From Candidatus Saccharimonadales bacterium (GTDB taxonomy: Bacteria; Patescibacteriota; Saccharimonadia; Saccharimonadales; UBA10212), in contig JBBRSU010000003.1 of the NCBI GenBank assembly GCA_038245195.1, forward strand, positions 8,850-72,849: a stretch of 64,000 nt of DNA. The letters are read 5' to 3'. The notes under the pieces were generated by a model. It was not told where the DNA came from and did no database searches. It was given only the letters and a program-made list of their open reading frames with translations. Made by a program: the position numbers and the translations under genes. Below are positions 58,886-64,000 of this stretch, one piece after another (the stretch's first letter is position 1; the number at the start of each line of letters is the position of its first letter).

Positions 58886-59269
58886 TTAATTGTTGTATAG
58901 TTTACTATCTAGCTCATGTATTCTTTTATGGTCAAGACCAAAATAATGAGCGACTTCGTGCCATACAGTGTGACCAATGTTAGACCTTAGCTCTTCCATT
59001 GTCCGGCTAACCGCCAGCAATGGACCTTTAAATAGGCTGATTTTATCGGGCAAGAGTTTCAGACTGCCATTGCGGGCCGGCAGTGGCACGCCTTCGTATA
59101 AACCAAATAGCGTTTCGTTGGGATAAAGATTCAACCGAACCCGTTGTTCAGGCGTGGGCTGGTCTTCTAATATAAAAGCCACATTCTGTATTCGCTGGTT
59201 ATATGGTTTAGGGATGGCTTCGATAGCCTGGCTCAACAGCTCTTCAAATTGGGTGTCACTAACTTCCAT
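58886..59269 (-). CDS. Zincin-like metallopeptidase (DUF1025 type)
   Basis: LFGLYEGVP, PDKISLF, HEVAHYFG. Confidence 0.9.
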   Translation of the reverse strand: MEVSDTQFEELLSQAIEAIPKPYNQRIQNVAFILEDQPTPEQRVRLNLYPNETLFGLYEGVPLPARNGSLKLLPDKISLFKGPLLAVSRTMEELRSNIGHTVWHEVAHYFGLDHKRIHELDSKLYNN

Positions 59270-59427
59270 ATGTTCTAGTTTAGCAATAAAGATTGCGGAA
59301 TCGATTAGTGCAATTATGGCTTTTTGCCAAAGGTATCTCGTGGGTTTTCTTACTAAGCAGGCGTGGGAAAACGCACAGCAGGCCCGGCTAGTCTCGGCTA
59401 TAGTTGGGCGAGTTATGGGAGGTTATA

Positions 59428-59913
59428 ATGATAAAAAAAGTCATCAGCTTAACTATGGTAGTCGCTACCCTGATTGTGTACCTGCAGAGCCAGATGCAAT
59501 CCAACGACCCGTTGTTTTTGTTTCTTTCTAATAATTTAGTCGTAAATCTTAGTTTGATAGGACTAGCCAGCTTTACAGTTTGGCTGAGTTTCCAAACCAA
59601 ATTTAGAAATTCTTATATATATTGGCTAGTTAGCCGGCTGGCGGTTGTCCTGGTTATAGTGGGCTTAGCCGGTAGTTTATCGGCCAGCTTGGATCGCTAT
59701 ATTCTCGATGTCATAAAACCTTTGGACTACCTGATATTGCTAGAGACAGGAATATTATTTTCAATATGTGCGCTAACTTACGCACACCCGCCGGTTAGAC
59801 TTAATTTGGCTGGCATACGCCGACAATGGAGCCGCCCAGTGCGTGAACCTTTATCGATCCCGAAATTAACTGTTAACGCTTCTAATAACCTACGGTTAAG
59901 CAACCAGGGTTAA
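59428..59913 (+). CDS. Hypothetical membrane protein (about 4 TM)
   Basis: GGGAGG RBS before ATG 59428; hydrophobic segments. Confidence 0.75.
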   Translation: MIKKVISLTMVVATLIVYLQSQMQSNDPLFLFLSNNLVVNLSLIGLASFTVWLSFQTKFRNSYIYWLVSRLAVVLVIVGLAGSLSASLDRYILDVIKPLDYLILLETGILFSICALTYAHPPVRLNLAGIRRQWSRPVREPLSIPKLTVNASNNLRLSNQG

Positions 59914-59927
59914 AAGAATCTTCATAA

Positions 59928-60041
59928 ACAAAAAAGGGGCCACGAGGGTCCCTTTAGTGCACGATAAGCTCGCCCTAAGGTCCGCTTACCGAAACGAAAA
60001 GTTCATTGCTGGGCTTTCCGTAATCACCTCACGATGACTAT
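59928..60041 (-). ncRNA. Putative ~112-nt small RNA with four hairpins
   Basis: Consensus promoter upstream, GNRA-capped stems, terminal GC stem plus U-tract; no ORF. Confidence 0.7.
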
Positions 60042-60046
60042 CTACA

Positions 60047-60075
60047 ATTCTATTGGCAAGTAGATACATTGTCAA
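60047..60075 (-). promoter_or_regulatory. Sigma70 promoter TTGACA-17bp-TAGAAT
   Basis: -35 at 60075-60070 and -10 at 60052-60047. Confidence 0.8.
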
Positions 60076-60215
60076 ACGCTTGAGTTTATTTCATAAATGC
60101 TTGCGTTTTATTAACAGATGTTGTCCTGTGTATAAACTGTGTAGAAGATTAGTCTCCTATCTTGGATGTTTGATATATCACAGCGTATTTCTTAATGTCC
60201 GCTAAACTATATACA

Positions 60216-60914
60216 ATGAGAGCCAAACGAATTATCTCAATCGACGACATGCGACCGAACGTGTTTGAAGCCCTCAAACGGGCTTATATCAAGCGTGGCG
60301 TCGTGCCCCGTCGGCTTCATTCCAAGAACATGGATCCCCAAGACCAATCCGCGGAGCAAACCCAGCAACCAGCTGAACCGGTCCGGGATACGGTTAGCCG
60401 AAATTTGGTAGGTTCAAACGGGCAGCCTCAGGACGGCTCAGAGACAACCAGCCAAAAACCGGGTCTCCGCCAATCATCACACGATTCTAAATCGGCCAAA
60501 GGTCCCGAAACCCTTACTGAGCTGACTGCAAAGTCTCAAGATATCCTGTTTGAGGTCTCAACTGTGTGGCCATTTACCTTATTCCCAGATACCGTCTGCC
60601 TTGACCGCGAAAAGCTAACCATCGCCAATCGCTATTTTTGGCGGGTAGCAAAAATAACTAGCACGCCTGTTAGCGAGATAATGACGGTTGAGGCCAATGT
60701 CGGACCGTTTTTTGGCTCAGTACACCTAACCTTTCGGTTTTTTGCTGATAACCAACGCACTGTTAACTTTTTGACGCGAAGCCAAGCAGTTCATCTTCAG
60801 CGACTATTGCACGGCTACATTATTGCTCATCGCCGCGAAATTGATACCACTCACGTACCTAAAGATAAGCTGATAACAATGCTGATCGAACTCGGCCAAG
60901 GTGCCCCCGATTAG
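60216..60914 (+). CDS. Hypothetical protein with disordered middle and bacterial PH-like C-terminal domain
   Basis: LFPDTVCLDREKLTIANRYFW..GPFFGSV; start uncertain (60195, 60216 or 60330). Confidence 0.7.
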   Translation: MRAKRIISIDDMRPNVFEALKRAYIKRGVVPRRLHSKNMDPQDQSAEQTQQPAEPVRDTVSRNLVGSNGQPQDGSETTSQKPGLRQSSHDSKSAKGPETLTELTAKSQDILFEVSTVWPFTLFPDTVCLDREKLTIANRYFWRVAKITSTPVSEIMTVEANVGPFFGSVHLTFRFFADNQRTVNFLTRSQAVHLQRLLHGYIIAHRREIDTTHVPKDKLITMLIELGQGAPD

Positions 60915-60919
60915 TTTTT

Positions 60920-62119
60920 TTAGGGATGAGTAGCTGGTGGTGCCGCCTGGCCGGGTGGCTGAATAGCCGTGCCCCGATAACAGCTGACGCTATAAGGAAA
61001 ATCTTGGGTCATCACATAATGATATGTAGTGATGGTTTTGCCATCCAATACAACTTGGCTAGTTAAGCCGTGGCATTCATCTAAGTCGCTGGTGGTCAGA
61101 ATATTGCTGGGGCTCACTTGGGGGCCGGTAATCGGGAAGCCGTCGAGAGCAAACCCAATCACGGTTTTGACGGCGGTGTCTTTTATACAGCTAGATAGGG
61201 TGTGGTAGTGATAAGTGCTACTTTTCTCGGGGTGTCCACCGCAACTGTCTTGGACTTCCCAGGCGCCAGCGTCCCGCCCGCCAGCGTCAAAACCGTCGAA
61301 CAAACTAGCTCCTGTGAGCATTATTCCGACCTGCCCGCCAATGCAGGTTGGGGTTCCATAGGTCGGTGCCGAATTTAGGGCAAAAGTGAAACTTTGGCCT
61401 TTGATGGTATTTGGGTTGCGGTCGTAGCTATAAGCCGGGTCGCTGGGGTTAATCGGGAAAACCCCGGTAGTGTGGTTGGGTAAATCGTTAGTGGTAACAG
61501 TCCTGGTAGTGCCCGAAACATTGTTGCTTAGCTGGGCTTGCCAAGTTACGGCTCCCTGCACTTTTAGTTTTTTGTTCAAATCATATTGAGTAGTACCCAC
61601 AAACCAAGGCCCGCGACTGCCGGCTCCGCCGGCAGTGCCAGCTAAGTTTTGGGCGTAGGTTTGGCAGGCGTAAACTGAGCCAATTTTGGCGGCTGCCGAG
61701 GAATATTGGTTGTCACCAACCGGCAGAATACCGTTGGCATATTTATTACCGTAGTTTTTGGTTGAATCAAGCTGAATGCCCGGCAGATTGGCGGCTACGG
61801 TTGGCTTAACGCTGGTTTTGGTTGATGTTTTCAGGCTGGTAGAAGTAACTGCTTTTTTGGTGGATTGGCTCAAAACGTAGGCCGTAGCCCCAATCGCTAG
61901 TAATAAAAATATGATGGTTGCGACTATCATTAGTTTTTTGTAGTCTTTTTTTGGCGGCAAAATTAGTCTTTCGGTCTGCGGTAGGGCTTGTTCGGTAACA
62001 TGGGCCGGTAAAGCTTCAGTTTCGGGGTCATTAGGTAGCTGGTCTAGGGCTTCTTGGGGCAGTTTGGCTTCCATCTCGGGGTCGTTTTCGATTTTTGGTT
62101 GGGTATTTGTTGGCTCCAT
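60920..62119 (-). CDS. Membrane-anchored YHYH domain protein
   Basis: DSCGGHP..YHYH, IGFALDGFPI, DLDECHG, YHY..FPY. Confidence 0.9.
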   Translation of the reverse strand: MEPTNTQPKIENDPEMEAKLPQEALDQLPNDPETEALPAHVTEQALPQTERLILPPKKDYKKLMIVATIIFLLLAIGATAYVLSQSTKKAVTSTSLKTSTKTSVKPTVAANLPGIQLDSTKNYGNKYANGILPVGDNQYSSAAAKIGSVYACQTYAQNLAGTAGGAGSRGPWFVGTTQYDLNKKLKVQGAVTWQAQLSNNVSGTTRTVTTNDLPNHTTGVFPINPSDPAYSYDRNPNTIKGQSFTFALNSAPTYGTPTCIGGQVGIMLTGASLFDGFDAGGRDAGAWEVQDSCGGHPEKSSTYHYHTLSSCIKDTAVKTVIGFALDGFPITGPQVSPSNILTTSDLDECHGLTSQVVLDGKTITTYHYVMTQDFPYSVSCYRGTAIQPPGQAAPPATHP

Positions 62120-62279
62120 ACATAAGCATTTTAGCAAACTTCTCAAACAGCGGTAATTTATTGTCATTAGTATTGTTATTTTATAATTCTTATGCTATAA
62201 TAGTGTTTATCTCTGGTGGATAAGAGCCCTGCTCCCGCCCGGGAGTACCTCATCACCACAACCATTCTCGGAGGTTTCC

Positions 62280-62738
62280 GTGAAATCATTCCTGTTGGTT
62301 TGCTCGATATTGCTGATTTTCTCGGCAACGGCTTCGGCCGGTAATACCGGAAACATCAGCACTGGCTATTCAACGAGCGGCACAACCAAGTTCGTAACCT
62401 TTACGGTCACACTGACGTCCGACAGTCACGCCTCCGCCCCTGGCGCGAGTGTGATGTTTTCAGACTGCCGCGCCGGACTCGGCTTGCCAGTTGGTCCAGA
62501 ACCAAGCTGGTCACAGCACAACGCTGGGAACTTGCAGGTGAACAAAATCGGCAACGTCCAGTGGGATGTCAACCGGCTACCGCCGGTCGGCTCCAAACCA
62601 CTGATCGCTCAACTCCGATTTGCAATTCCGCGACATTCACTGCCTTATAGCGTCTGTCTGCGCGAAAGTGGCGTGCAGTTTTCGACTGGCTATCGCTGGT
62701 CGAGCAACATGCGGTTCTTCCTGAAGCCACGCGTGTAG
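62280..62738 (+). CDS. Secreted hypothetical protein
   Basis: GGAGG RBS, GTG start, Sec signal peptide (ASA|G), own promoter and terminator. Confidence 0.75.
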   Translation: MKSFLLVCSILLIFSATASAGNTGNISTGYSTSGTTKFVTFTVTLTSDSHASAPGASVMFSDCRAGLGLPVGPEPSWSQHNAGNLQVNKIGNVQWDVNRLPPVGSKPLIAQLRFAIPRHSLPYSVCLRESGVQFSTGYRWSSNMRFFLKPRV

Positions 62739-62751
62739 TGAGGTACAACAA

Positions 62752-62784
62752 ACCGGGGAATCTCCATATCGGAGATTCCCCGGT
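62752..62784. terminator. Strong hairpin terminator
   Basis: ACCGGGGAATCTCC-ATATC-GGAGATTCCCCGGT, perfect 14-bp stem. Confidence 0.85.
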
Positions 62785-62811
62785 GCTACACCCTAGAAAT
62801 GGGTTTTTTTA

Positions 62812-64000
62812 TTACTTTTCTACGAAAGTCAGGGCTTGGCCCGGCTTGCCGGCTCGGCCGGCACGGCCAATTCGGTGCACATAATCATCGTAGGTATTAG
62901 GCGTGTCGTAATTGATTACGTGGGTGATGTCTTTAACATCTATACCACGGGCTGCCACATCAGTAGCTACTAGGATATTTATGCGATTGTCGCGGAAACT
63001 ATCTAGGGCCCGCTGGCGCTGGCCCTGGCTTTTACCACCGTGCAAACTGGCGGCTTTAAAGCCCCTAGCAATTAGTTCTTTGCTTAGCCGCTCAACACCG
63101 TGTTTTGTTTCACCAAACACTAGGACCTTTAAGGCCTCTTGGCTAATCAGTGCTGTATGCAAGCTGTCGATTTTTTCAGTTTTTCCGCTGTAGCGGACTA
63201 CGTCCTGGTTGACGTTTTGGCTGGTCTCACCGGCCTTAACGTTAATCACTACCGGTTCGGTGGCAAAAGTTTCAATCAGACTATTAATTTCCGGGCTGAT
63301 AGTAGCACTAAAAAAGAAGGCTTGGTGTTGGTTAGGCATTTCTTGCAAAATTGAACGAACATCAACAATGAATCCCATGTCTAACATGCGGTCGACTTCG
63401 TCTAAAACCACCATGTCACAGGCACTTAAATTAAGTGTTCGCTGTCTTAGGTGGTCTTTGATACGGCCCGGTGTGCCAATTATCAAACGGGGGTTATGTT
63501 TTAGGGCGGTTAATTGGCGTCCCATAGGAGTTCCGCCTATCAATAAAGCACCTGATAAGCCACTGCTTTTGGCCAAGATTTTACACTGTTCTTCAATCTG
63601 AAGAGCCAATTCGCGGGTGGGTGCAATTATTAGGGCCTGCGAGCTAGGCTGGTGCATAAGTTTGTTCAATATTGGCAAGGCAAAAGCCGCTGTTTTGCCG
63701 GTGCCAGTGTTGGCAATGCCCACCACGTTACGGCCTTCTAGGCCCAAAGTTATGGTTTTATCCTGGATTTCCGAAGGAGTAACGTAGCCTTTAGCGGTTA
63801 CGTTGGCTTTTAAAAGTGGGTGTATGGCAAAGTCGGCGAACTCATGCTGGTGCACATAATCGCTAGCTATCTGTAGTTCGGCCTGTTTGATAAATCGCTC
63901 GGGGTTAATGTGCTGTTTGCGATTGCCCCTAGCCGGACGGCGACTGGGGCCAAAACTTTGGACTCCCGGCCGGCGTGGCTTAGAACGATAATTGTTTTTA
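62812..64000 (-). CDS. DEAD-box RNA helicase, N-terminus beyond the window edge
   Basis: Q motif, ANTGTGKT, PTRELA, DEVD, SAT, HRIGRAGR; frame stays open to the window end through an Arg-rich stretch. Confidence 0.95.
   Translation of the reverse strand, partial: KNNYRSKPRRPGVQSFGPSRRPARGNRKQHINPERFIKQAELQIASDYVHQHEFADFAIHPLLKANVTAKGYVTPSEIQDKTITLGLEGRNVVGIANTGTGKTAAFALPILNKLMHQPSSQALIIAPTRELALQIEEQCKILAKSSGLSGALLIGGTPMGRQLTALKHNPRLIIGTPGRIKDHLRQRTLNLSACDMVVLDEVDRMLDMGFIVDVRSILQEMPNQHQAFFFSATISPEINSLIETFATEPVVINVKAGETSQNVNQDVVRYSGKTEKIDSLHTALISQEALKVLVFGETKHGVERLSKELIARGFKAASLHGGKSQGQRQRALDSFRDNRINILVATDVAARGIDVKDITHVINYDTPNTYDDYVHRIGRAGRAGKPGQALTFVEK

Noticed and set aside
1-64000. tRNA, rRNA, CRISPR array, transposase or integrase
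   Set aside because: None recognised by eye; tRNAscan-SE, Infernal and CRISPR finders would be needed to exclude them fully.

Overview
This looks like a chromosomal window from a Candidate Phyla Radiation bacterium, most likely Saccharibacteria (TM7). That is inferred from the compact gene set: a homodimeric GlyQS, a sigma70-r4/HARE-HTH protein, a soluble VirD4-like ATPase and a reduced dcw cluster. Most genes are housekeeping: der, pth, dprA, topA, mraZ-rsmH-ftsL-ftsI-mraY-ftsW-murG-ftsQ, glyQS, recO, xseAB, rpmA, pyrG, ftsEX, prfB, secA, serS and a DEAD-box helicase. Gene orientation switches from mostly + to mostly - at about 18.6-19.1 kb, where a palindromic dif-like site and DnaA-box-like repeats sit; this is probably the replication terminus. 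No rRNA, tRNA, CRISPR array or transposase was seen. The most notable unexplained signals are non-coding: (1) a ~450-nt highly structured minus-strand RNA with its own promoter and terminator between pth and dprA; (2) a ~112-nt four-hairpin sRNA near 60 kb; (3) a ~330-nt structured leader before a small-protein + Y-family polymerase cassette; (4) a looped-out structured spacer inside the mraZ-rsmH operon. Protein-level highlights are a SipW/TasA-like fibre pair, a phosphotransfer-dead kinase/receiver pair, an orphan family-5 binding protein beside a sensor kinase, an unannotated KGG stress peptide and widespread near-leaderless promoters. All calls come from reading the sequence by eye; no searches or folding programs were run.
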